Shown here: piece by piece, positions 1 through 16,714 of the stretch
How the letters are laid out: each line of letters begins with the position of its first letter
Position numbering within the stretch: position 1 is the stretch's first letter
Assembly: GCA_051294375.1 (NCBI GenBank)
Contig: CM119266.1
Span: 13,121,972 to 13,185,971, forward strand
DNA from: Paraspadella gotoi
Taxonomy: Eukaryota; Animalia; Chaetognatha
Reading direction: 5' to 3'
DNA: 64,000 bases
Position numbers and translations under genes: made by a program
The notes under the pieces: generated by a model
What the model was told of the DNA's origin: nothing
Database searches by the model: none
The model's input: the letters and a program-made list of their open reading frames with translations, nothing else

Positions 1-804
1 TTTTTTTTTTTTAGAAAATTTGTCTTATTCATTTCTAAAAGAAAAGAAATTTCTATTGTTTGTTTTCGGAAGAAAATGGAAAGAATTAAGAAAGGAAATG
101 AGTCACCGACGGAGGAACGAAAACTTGGGAATGGAAAGGCGGTGCAATTTTATATAATTAATTGAGTTTATTGAAAGTCGTATATAAATGCTTTTAACTT
201 GAAGGAAACTAAACGTCTAACGAAATCATTATTAAAACCTATTAAAAGTATAGCTAAAACCGTAAAATAAGACTACTATGAAAACTGATCAAAAGATATG
301 AGAAATGATCTAAACTGCTACAATATGTAAATGAGATTGAAGAACTCAATCTCATTTGAAATGAATCACAAATTATTCTGCTTCAAACGTATTATTGTGT
401 CTGTAAACTTACATGCATTTTATTTCGAATTGAATTCGCTACATACAATAAAGTTAAGCAAAACTACGTCTAACAAACTTTTGCAAATGTTTTGCTGGTA
501 TCATATAAGTAAAATATGATTTTTTCAAGGTTTAATAGGAAGGATTAAGTTAAGTTCTCGGTTGTTTAGGTTATTTATAGAAAAGCAAAATTAAAAAAAG
601 ATTATTCGTGTGAAACAGTTTGAAAAATATAACAATTTATATTGGTTGTACCAATTTCATAACAAAATTAAGCAAAATATGACGACGACGACGAAAATGA
701 CAACAACAACAACAATCGCGTCGTCGCTGGATGGAAATTATTCTTTCCTTTCACAATATGAATTTTCTTCTCGTCTGAAGAAGAGCGAGAAAAAAAAATG
801 GCGA

Positions 805-861
<57 letters not shown>

Positions 862-1157
862 GACAGAGACAGAGAGACAGGGAAAAAGTTTACAGCCGGA
901 AATTATTCATGAGGCGGACGACAAAAACCCATTGTCTCTCTCGCGCCTAAACCGCGCGGTGGCACCGTGGAAACGAAGAGTGAAGGGTGCGGAAATATGG
1001 GGCAGTCTCAGCGCGNNNNNNNNNNNNNNNNNNNNNNNNNGGTTCGACGCCTTTCATGGTGTTTGGGTGCGAGAAATGGAGACAGGGAGAGAATGAGATA
1101 GAAGAGAGAGTCAGCAAATGTTGGAGTTGAAAAATGAGAGAGAGAGAGAGACGAGAG

Positions 1158-1193
<36 letters not shown>

Positions 1194-1426
1194 ATTTTCA
1201 GTGTTGTGATAAATAGACCGATTGCGCTAGTTGCCGACTGTTCGTCCTACGGACTGTTTTACTGTTATTATTGTGAAAGCCCAATGAGTTCATGACCATG
1301 CAAGAACTAAATTAATTCCTCTCGCTCCTTCTCTCTCTCTCTCTCTCTCTCTTCTCTCTTTCTTCGTTAATTGCAATTTTCTTTGTTTTCTGCCTCCAAA
1401 TTTAATCGTTTTTCTTTTCTTGCAAA

Positions 1427-1525
1427 TAAACTGCTCCATCAAGTTGTCCATCTTCGCTTCCATCTCCAGCTTCTTTCTCGCTCCATTTCGCAATACAGCA
1501 ACAAATCCTCTTCTCCTCCTCTCCC

Positions 1526-1593
<68 letters not shown>

Positions 1594-4500
1594 TCGGTCT
1601 CCATGCGCTTTTCTAAAATAAAAACGACAATTTTCTTTATATTTTTCTTTACTTTATTATTACCTGGGCTTTGTTCTCGTTCTCGCTTCCGGTTTCACCC
1701 AAGACGGCCGACGCGCGAAGCGCAAATAACGCGAAGCGAAGCGAGGATCGCCGCCGATGTAGCGCCATCGTCGACCGGCGTCGCGAACCGAGCGGCGTTC
1801 TCTCGAGATACCGCGCGCCGTTGAGACGAAACGTGAGAGAGCGACGCCATTTCCGTTTTGGTTTTGGGGCGAAAGAGAAAATGAAAGGATGACGAGTTGT
1901 TTCACGCCTGAATTTTCTGTTATACGTATGAGGAGTCGTCGAAAGCACGGAATGAGAGCGACGAGAGAGCGAGATGAGAGGAAAATTACGAACGCGCCTG
2001 AAAATCAAGATGGCGGGAATCGTAAATCTCGCGTTATGACTTTTTTTCTGTCTCTTTCCTCTTTTAAATATGTTACTTCAAAGGTCGAATGTCGAGATCG
2101 AGCGAGGTCGGGGAATCGAGGCCAAAATCGAGTAAAGATCCAAGATGGCGGAAGGATAAGTGGAGTAAATCACTGTGGAAAAAAGGTTAAAAGAAGTCAC
2201 ATACATACAAAAATTATGTTTATTTTGGTGAAAACAAGCAATAAACATTAGCAAGAACATTTGATATTAAATAAATAAACTATTGTCAAATAACAAATCT
2301 TGAAGTCGGACGAAGAATAGAGATCATGGTGGTTACGCGACCAGAGAAAATAAAGCTGGAATAATGAGAAAAAAAATTATAGAATAATGAAAGTATAGAT
2401 AGTGAAACAAGTAATTTTGGAACTTTATATAAACAGGAAAAGCACGAAGGTCATGTAAACGTAGAATGCAGCAAGGTAAAGAGAGAGCAACGCACAACGA
2501 GCGAAAAGAAAAGAGGGATGAGGCGGGAAAAAAGCTGCCAAGGCGGGGGAAAAAATCCGGGGAAAATCCTCGTTTCACGAACGTCAGATTCGAGAAGAAA
2601 CTCATTTAGCGCGTAACCGTCATGTTTATGGAATGAAAAATGGACCTCTGAGCAGTGATGATCGCATGGACGACGGGAAGACGACGATGGTGACGACATT
2701 CGACGACGACGGCGAGGAAGTCAGTGAAAAATGTGAAAGCTCAGGACTCGAGTTGAAAGTTTGAAACGGATTGTATTATGTAATTTTAAACTATTTAAAA
2801 CCAATAATACAGCGAAAGAACAGGTTTGTAACTCGACCGTAGAGAATTTTGCCTTCAGGCGTTTCCTGTTGTGTTTGTCCCTTTGCTTGTCGTGCCTTCT
2901 TCTGGACGTCAACGGCGCCACAATCTCAGAAACGATTAGACTCGAGTTGGCAGCTTCATCGATCAGAAACCCGGTCAACAGTTGTAATCGGGGGGGAGAA
3001 GGGGGGGGAAGGAGATTGAATAATGGAGAAGGAAGAGGAGAGGAAAGAGAGAGAGGAGAGAGAGAGAAGAGAGAGAAGAGAGATGAGACGAGAGGAAGAG
3101 CGTGGAGAGAGGGGAGAGAGAGAGGCAAAACCTCAAAAGGAAAGATGAAGGGAATATATTGAATGATGTTTTGTTTCGATTAAACTAAACTAAAAACTGC
3201 AGTTTTGAAATTGAAGCCACAATCGTTTACTAATATCTCCGCGCAGAGAAGGTTCACGAACTTCATCCGTGGAAGCCTCGAGGCGACGACCTCGACTCGG
3301 AGTAGCAAAGGAAAGAAACAACCACAAAGACGATCGTTGCGTCCTGTCGCGGTTTGACTGGAGGGAAAATTGGCAAAGTCGATGCGTCACACGCGATGTC
3401 GCTGAGCGTAAGAAAACCCCCAAGTATCAATCTTACGACGAGTGCGTGATCTCAAAAAAAAAATTTTAAGGCTGCTTTAATGTCTCGCTTGCAGTGCTAT
3501 AAAAAATAAAAAAAATTTCATAGTTTATTGTACTAAATGATTAAAAATCCGGGACCGATCTTTTGTACGCGAAAATTTTGAATGAAGAAAGAAATGCACG
3601 CCGTGATGCGGAAGTCGAATCTTCGAGCGATTTGGTCTCGTCAGAGAGATTTGAAGGGGAAACCAAGTTCGCGAGGACGGACCAAGGTCATTGGGGAGGC
3701 GAGAGTGGAGGGAGAGGAGAGGTGGGGGGAAAGAGAGACGGTGCAGGAGAGAGAGACGGAGAGAGAGAGAGAATGCTGTAGGGAGGAGGATAAAGAGTTG
3801 ATAAAAGTAAAAAGAAAGGAAATGTCAAATCAGGAAAATGAGAGAGGATAGAGAGGAGAGAGGATGAACGAGAGAGAGAGAGAGATGAAGAGAGAGATGG
3901 AAGAGAGAGAGAGAGGAGAGAGAGAGAGAATTAGGGAAGACGAACGGCGCGAAAAAATAGCGTCGAGGAGAGAAAACAAAGGAGACGAAGACAAAACACG
4001 AGCTTAACGTTGTTGCGTCGTCGTCCTTGGATTATTGAGTTGGAAAGTGTGAGGCGCGAATATGCAAAACAAGAGGCAAAACAAAAAACGAAAGACGGGG
4101 AAACAAAAATAAAAGCGGTTCTTGTTAAAGTTAAACCACGCCTATAATGCTTGATAAATTATAAATCTGTTTGCGAAACCCAAACCTCACTTCCAATATT
4201 CACTCACGACCTTTTCAACAACCTTTCCCATAAAACAAATTTTTCAGCCGCGGTAAGTTTTGGGCGCCGCGCAAAGCCGCAGGCGGCGTCGCCGCGTCGC
4301 CGGCGCCGCCAAAAGTGAGGAAATGGGTATCAAAGAGTTCATCGACGAGAAAAAGCGAGACGAAGGAACTTTTTTTTTTTGACGAATCGGAGGGTATGAG
4401 AGGTTTATGGAAGATAAGTGCGTTATAGAGAAAGTTGATGGGTTTGAGGTTTCGAGAATATAATAGAGAATTCTGATTTTCTAGAAATCAAGAGATTTTA

Positions 4501-6335
4501 GAATCGTGAGAATAATTAACTAACAAATCAAAAGTGGAAATCCAACACGATCGAAAAGCGTCAAATTTAAAGATCCTAATTCCTTCGTCTATTTATCTAC
4601 AAGCGAAATCAGAAAATATTTCCCAGGAAAATTCAATAGATACTTGCATTTCCCATTTGCCATTAGATCTAGAAGGAAATAAAGAAGTTAAAAAATTGTA
4701 AATATCGAACCAAGATATCAAAAGCGAGATAGAACTATAGGAAACGTAAGATATTAAAAATCCCAATAATTTTCGTCGAAAGTTTTTATAAATTAGGCGA
4801 ATTTTAAAAAGACACGCGAAAAAATTGCACACAGATACTGCATTTTTCTCAATTCGCGCTCGAGCTACTCTCGTCGTTGTGGCTTCACATGAAGGAAAGG
4901 AATCAGGAGGAAGGTGTGACTCCGGTCAATTGATGGCATGGATTCGTAGTCGTTGAGACGACCGACGACGACGAAAAATAACGACTACGAAGACGACGAA
5001 CGAAGACAGGTCGGCGCTAATAGATTTATGAGCGCTAACGAGTGGTTTTCTGGTTGGTTGAGTCTCGAGATCTTAGTCGGACGCCTCGTCGCGAGCCAAG
5101 AGAGGAATATTGTCAGCGAGACTCGCGGAAGTGAGGGTCGGAGTGATTCGGGAGGTGAGGTAAAATGGGTTCGAGGTGAAAAATATAAAGTCAGGCGAAG
5201 TGATAGCAACGATTCGTTTAAATGTAAGAGGAGGAAGTTCGAGATTATTCGTTTAAAAATTCTTTATTTGAATGTTTAAATAAGTCGCCTTTTTTTCAAA
5301 GTGGGCTGCGAGGTGGCAGCCAGGCAGCGTGGCCAGCGGCAGCGTGCGCAGCGCTGCGCAGCGTGCGCAGCGTGCGCAGCGCGCAGGATTGGCAAGTTGC
5401 GTGCCGAATCGTAAGAAAAAAAACCGTAAAAGCCGATGACGACGGACAGAACGATGAGATTAATTTTGTTCTAATTATAAAAAATCGATAAACGATAATC
5501 AAATTTTTGCGCTTCTTTTTTTTTTTTGATACCTGATTCGCAAAGCAAAGCGCATCGCCATGCGTTTATGCATTTAAGGTGCTTGCATTGCTATCGCCAG
5601 CCGGGCGAGGAGTTTGTTGGCACCGGTCGCAAAATATGCGACCTCGCCTCATAATTATCCGAATATCAGATGATATAAGCGTTAACGGACATTATCATAG
5701 AATTTCATGGATTGGGGAAAAAAAAACGAGAGAGGCGACCGTAAACGGTTATAACAAATTAATTTTCGCTAAAATTTCGATTATTAAATTCGCGACGCTT
5801 TTTACGAAGGCGTTTTTACTCGGCCAACGACAATTTTATTAGTTTACATTTTCTTGCATCTGTGAGAGAGAGAGAGAAGAGAGAGAGAGAGGGAGAGAGA
5901 GAGAGGAGAGAAATTTCATTCCGCTGATTTTTTTCTTCTCGCCCGCTAGGCGGCGAACGATCAAAGATGGCGCCGAGCGACGCGCCCACTGATGTGCGTT
6001 TTAACGAGAAAAAGGAAAACCGCGGTCGTCGTCGTTCGTTGTCTTGGCGGGAAGACGACGACGACGACGACGACGACGACAATGGGATTCGGAAAGGTGG
6101 AAAAATTCATGAGAAAACGGAGTCGCTCTTCGCTGAACGCGGATGTTATTGCAGCCGCTGGCCGTCCGGTTATAGTCGTATGCTAAGGTGACGGGTGCTG
6201 CGATACGCCCCTATTTCGATTTTATTACTATGAGGGTTAATCTATTGTTCAGGACGTTTGACAACGGAATGAGAAGAATATGGATGACCAATGATGACCT
6301 ATGTGATTAATTATTAAATCATTCTCGGATGATTA
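1427..6335 (+). repeat. Block A, copy 1 (direct duplicate at ~9950-14985)
   Basis: Colinear near-identity from taaactgctccatc (1429 vs 9951) to ctcggatg(g)att (~6330 vs ~14980). Differences are mostly 1-nt indels. Confidence 0.95.
1664..1768 (-). CDS. Putative first exon of a secreted protein (signal peptide), recovered from the two-copy consensus
   Basis: Consensus with 10318-10368 reads MALRSAAILASLALFALRASAVLGETGSENENKAQ followed by donor CAG|GTAATA. This copy has compensating +1/-1 indels. Confidence 0.45.
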
Positions 6336-7218
6336 ATTTTATTGAAAGTTTAAATTTCTCTTATTGAAATACAATGGTATCATTTTTTATGTTACTGGCA
6401 CCGTCCAAATCGCCCCCAATTTCCCCAATCGTTACAACGCCCCAAATTACCACCAAAAATATTCCCAGTAGCTCAATAATTTGGAATCCGCTTCAAGGTT
6501 CGCGGAGTCATCGGAGAGCCAAAAGAAAAAAAGCAGACGGTTTTAATGACGAGCGAGAGATGGAGCTCTTTCAAATTTGGAAGTGATGAATGTCCTGAGA
6601 AAAGGGAATGAGAAAAACATACATACACACATATATATATATATACATATGTATATACATATATATAACCACACACAATAATCATTTTGCGTGGTCTGGA
6701 ATTAATTAAAAAAAATACCTTAAGATATTCGTTATTTTCTCTCTGCACAATGTTTCGATTACGTATATGACCCAACATTTTTATACTATATATTTTTTCA
6801 CACTCTTTTAAAGGTTTGATGTTGTGATGTTTCACATATAAAAATTTTCAAATTTCACCCTCTCTCTACATTTACCCTTTCTCCTTTCTCATTTTCTTAT
6901 TTCCTACATCATATCTTTACTCAACACTTTTTAAATTATCCTCATCCATTTATCCATCTCCAATCCCTCATCCTTCACCATCATTTACCCCATCCTTCTC
7001 TCCATCTTCTCCGCTGATAATTCGCAACAGTCGTTCGAAAATTAACCCGCTAGATAGATTAGGTCGCTCGCCCCCCTCCCTCGCTCCCATCCTCCCTTTA
7101 TTATATCACTTTTTCCTCGCTCTTCCTCTTTCTCCGCGTGACTCCATATGCACAATAACTAATCACCAACCCTCCTTCAACGCAGTTCCTCTCTCGCCCC
7201 ATCACTCGTTTGATCTTC

Positions 7219-7289
<71 letters not shown>

Positions 7290-9144
7290 ATCTCCTCTCT
7301 CTCTCTCTCTTCGCCGGGTGCTCCTATACTCAGGCGCTCTCAGGGTCGCGAAGGATATTCATAGCCGAGCCATCGCGGGATTTGCATAAGAGCTTACCGG
7401 CTGCCGCAGCATCTATACGTAGCATCTAACCGCAGCAATTAAGCAGCAGCATTGGCCGCAGCAAGTCCCGCAGTCTTCGTGGCACACAACGTCCGCCGTC
7501 AGAAGCTTTCAGCATCTTTCTGTATCTCCTAATACAGTCAGGACGTCCATGTTCTTAAAAATAGAAACGGACGCACAATTGCGCGCAGGCCATGGACGCG
7601 GTCCAACAGTTGAACGTCGCTTCGGCTGACGCGTTCGGCCGTCGCTGTCCAGTTCCACGTCCAAAGATTCCGAGAGGAGATTTGTACGAGAGATTATCGT
7701 TGGTAGCGCGTCACGGGAGTACGTTTTTACGCGACCCGCTCGTGCGACTTGGCGTAATCGCGGAGGAAGAAGGCTCGCACGGTTTTTACGCAGTTTCTTT
7801 GACGATTTTGTGTGGTAGGTTTTTTTAGATACTACAATAATCTATTCAAGAAATGAGATTACACCTACATTTTAATACGTAGCGTCTTGTTACAATATTA
7901 TTTCATCATTTTGTAGATGAAATATCTAAATAAATACTTGCTGAAAATGAAATTTAACAGAATGTCCTAATGAACGACGACCAAAATGCCCGAAATTGGT
8001 TGACAGTACTATCTAGAAAACTATATGACATAATTCATTTATTCAATAAAAAATATATAAAACATGGTAAAACATCATGATAATATTCTCAATATTAGGG
8101 TATTCCCTTCCTCGGCATCAACTTGCTGCCTTGCCTTTATCTTGGTATGCTCTTATACAGCAAATTGAGGTATGACAGTGAAATTGTTGTTTCAATATTT
8201 AATGCAATTCTCGAGCCCCGATATTAATATATGCGCATCCTTTCCTTCTTTTTCTGAGAGCCTAAATAATACTTTTTTGAACGAGAAAGAGGTGCAAGGA
8301 CTTTTAGCATGCCAATTAAAAAATATTAAAAAAATAACTAACTCTATTTAAATCATAAAAATAAATTAATTAAATTACCAAAAATAGTAATAAATTGAAT
8401 ATTTTTTTTCTCGCCAATTTTTATTTGAACGTAACAACATTTTTTTTGCTTGTACTTCGTAAACGATTTGACCTACAAAAAAATAGAAGTAAGCTACTGA
8501 AAATAAAATTCTAATATAGATTTGAAATTATCTGTTTTTTTTTTTAAATGAAATAAAGTTTTCGAGTACATATCTTTTATTAAAAAATTGTCATATACTT
8601 TTTTCCTAGCATAGTAGAATTTCGCGCAGCACTGTGAAGACAAATTAAACTAACTCGCCCACGAAAAATGCAATAGATGCGACGTTGATTTGATCTAAAG
8701 TCTCTAGTGACGACTCGACAAGAGGATGACGATGACAACAACAACGACAACCGCGACGACATTCCGAAGAGACAAGACGAAGAGGTCGACGACGAGATAA
8801 ACCCAAAGGACACGAGCGGTCGACTTTCTCCGCTCGGAGTTAATCCCGTCGAGAGATAAATGGGTCGAGCGTGCTGGGTTGAACTTGTAGGTGAAGGGGT
8901 CGCCGTGGGCCAGAGACTTTCTGGGACTCTTGTTAGTGCCGACCACGTGAAGATATTCTGAGTGAGAAAAAGTACAAGATTCAGCGAGAACGCAGTCGAT
9001 GTTCAGGATTCGCCGTTGTACAATGATAGCTCGAGAGAAGCCTCCTGACATAGTACTTTATGGTATGCACAATGCCGCAATGTTTCAACGTTTCAATATT
9101 TCATGGGATTTTATCGCTTACCAATTCAATGTTATCGTTTGAGT
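6335..9144 (+). repeat. Block B, copy 1 (other copies ~20400-23169 inverted, ~23170-25804 direct)
   Basis: For example gattccgagaggagatttgtacgagag occurs at ~7666 and ~24346, and its reverse complement at ~21842. Confidence 0.95.
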
Positions 9145-9949
9145 CAGGGATGTGGAGCCGGAGCCGACCGGAGCATGGAGCCGCCGAGCCGAAGCCTTTT
9201 TGCGGAGCCGCGAGCCGGAGCCGGAAGCAGAATTTTTATCGGCCGGAGCCGGAAGCTGGAGCCGGACCGAAAAAAATTTTTGACCGGAGCCGGAGCTGGA
9301 GCCGGAGCGAAATAAAATGCCCGCTCCAGCTCCATAAAAATAAAATAAAGATTAAATTATCAAATTAAAAAAATATTTAAAAAAATAAATATTGATTTTT
9401 ATAATTAATGAAAATTTCAACATTATTGACTTTTACTATTTTTCTATTTTTCTATTTTTTTATTTTTATAATTATAATATCATATATTTATTTATATATA
9501 AGATTAAGTAAATAATAATAATTCTTTATTTTAATCTATATAAATTTATTATAAAAACTTTCAATTTTTATGAAGTAAAATTTATCTCTGAATATTAGCT
9601 TGGCTTACTTAATATACAGCAGTCTGATTAAAGGCAAAGCTTCTCTTCAATAAATATATTTAAATAATAATGAATATAATAAAAGTAATTTTGCTTACTA
9701 ATTTTTTTTCCTATTATATACTGCAATTTTTGTTACATATGGTTGAAACCATATCTTATTTAAAAGATAAAAAATTAAATACTTAACTATAATACTTTTA
9801 TTTTTTAACTTTTTAATTAATGAATCCAAAAATATACCATAAAACTTCATAAATTAGTTATACTTCTATTCATAGTATTAAGGAGATACAGTTTTGAATT
9901 ATGTAACAACGATTTTTATGACAAAATTTATCTCTCGGGGTGGTTTTAA
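9145..9949 (+). mobile_element. End of a DNA transposon/MITE (hAT-like CAG terminus, subterminal GGAGCC arrays), truncated
   Basis: Starts CAGGGATGTGGAGCCGGAGCCG exactly where the other copy continues ttgagt|atgtatgtcc (25799-25814). About ten (G)GAGCC units run to 9335, then AT-rich sequence. No second TIR is seen. Confidence 0.7.
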
Positions 9950-14985
<5,036 letters not shown>

Positions 14986-15204
14986 NNNNNNNNNNNNNNN
15001 NNNNNNNNNNCACAGAAGAGATCTTTTCCAACACAAACTGAGTCTACGTCCCAACATCTTCCCTACGTTCGCCAATGTCCCGTGCAAGAGTCATAACCAG
15101 TTGGCGCGTGAACCCGACCGCCAGCCAACGAGTCTCTCTCTCTCTCTCTCTCTCTCTCTTCTTCTCTCTCTCTCCTCTCTCATCTCCTCCTCTCTCTCTC
15201 TCTC

Positions 15205-16714
15205 GGCTCCACATCAGAATGATTTGCAAAACCAGGACGAGACGCGACATCATCCAGAAACTATAGGCCAATTTAGTTTACTATCAAGTTCTTGAAAACT
15301 CTTTGAAAGAAATAATTCTTGCCAGGTTTTAATATTATAGCTAGAAACTAAGAGGTAAACGGAATAATTTGCAATCAAGCACAAAAAAGGACGATCTGCC
15401 CCAGCAAAACATAGGTACGAACTTGTAGAAGATGCTCATCTTGGATTTAAATCAGAGGAGTGACAATTTGGTGACTCTCGACTATCAAAAGCTTTTGATC
15501 TCAATTTGGCTTGAATGGCTAAAATAACAAATTAATAAAACAGGAATTCCAAAGGAAATGTTACGCAATAATTAGTATCATTCATCAGTGATCGAACATT
15601 TTGTGTTTATAAGTAAAGGTGAACTTCGAACGTACCATAAAAATCAGTGTTGTGGCTCCCACAAGGTGCCCGTTTAAAGTCCAGAGAAAAATCTTACTTC
15701 TATGTAGAAGATCCTCCACTCAATAGAAACAGAAAGTCCAAACCAAGTCTACAACAACTCCAGCGATGGAACAGCACAGATGTTTTGGAAAATGCCTCAC
15801 AATATGCAGATGATTCATCGTCTGGGCAACCTCAAAAGGATCCCGCTAGCGCTGTACTTGTTCCTAAAAAACTTTAAATCGTTTAAAGGATGGTGCAGAA
15901 AAGTGTTTTTAGAACTTACCCGATAAGTAAACTGTCTAACTTTAACGTCGCACTCATATTTATACATGATTATGCTATGAAACTATTTCTTTTTGGTAGT
16001 AAAATACCTGTTGTTCCAAACAGTTAAATTTTAGGAATGTAAACTTAGATAAAAAATTAACATGGACTCCTACATTTAAATGATCTATTTACTAAAGCAA
16101 GATCAAAAATTTAGCAATCAATAGCGCTGTCTAGATTTGTACTCAAATGATAACTACCGTCTTGTTTACACAATCTATTCTCTAGTCGGTTTGTCTCATA
16201 TTTATGTATTCACACCATGTTTCTTCAGCTGCAAAGATGTATTGGAAAAATTTGATCAAGCTTCAGTACTTGCCATAAGAACTTTTAAAAAATGTAACCG
16301 CCTCCATACCCCTACTGATATTTATGATGCAGCAGACATGATTCCCTTACAGCAATATTGTACGCTGACTTGTTCTAACAGAATGCTATCGGTCGTATAA
16401 TTCGTTTTATATAATTTGTTTGAATGAACAATTATTGATCGAATTTCTTTTTATCGTATTCCAAACCAATATATCTCCGAAACTACTTCTGGATGGGAAA
16501 TACTAGGAAAAGGAGCGAATGCTGTGTTCATTGTCAATTGGAGAGTTTCATGAAGTTTTTGGTTCAATCCGAGTGCAGTTAGAAGTGCGATGCCACTTTT
16601 GTTTCAAAGTCAATTAACAATTTGATAAATATTCTTGAGAAATAGGTGCTTTTAAAGGCCCTCAAGGTGCCTAAAGCCGCAAGTAATTAAATATTGTCCT
16701 ATTGTCTATTGTCT
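15205..16714 (+). mobile_element. 5'-truncated non-LTR retrotransposon (LINE), RT domain with frameshifts
   Basis: Ordered RT motifs: NYRPISLLS..KLFERII (~15259), D(L/I)SKAFD (~15480), PQGxxLSP (~15659), QYADD (~15800), KFLG and DKKLTW (~16026-16065). 3' tail (ATTGTCT)x3. Flanked by (CT)n on both sides and absent from the sister arm (29465-29528). Confidence 0.9.

Noticed and set aside
9145-9335. CRISPR-like or coding interpretation of the GGAGCC repeats
   Set aside because: Eukaryotic context, 6-bp units and no regular spacers. Better explained as a transposon subterminal array.
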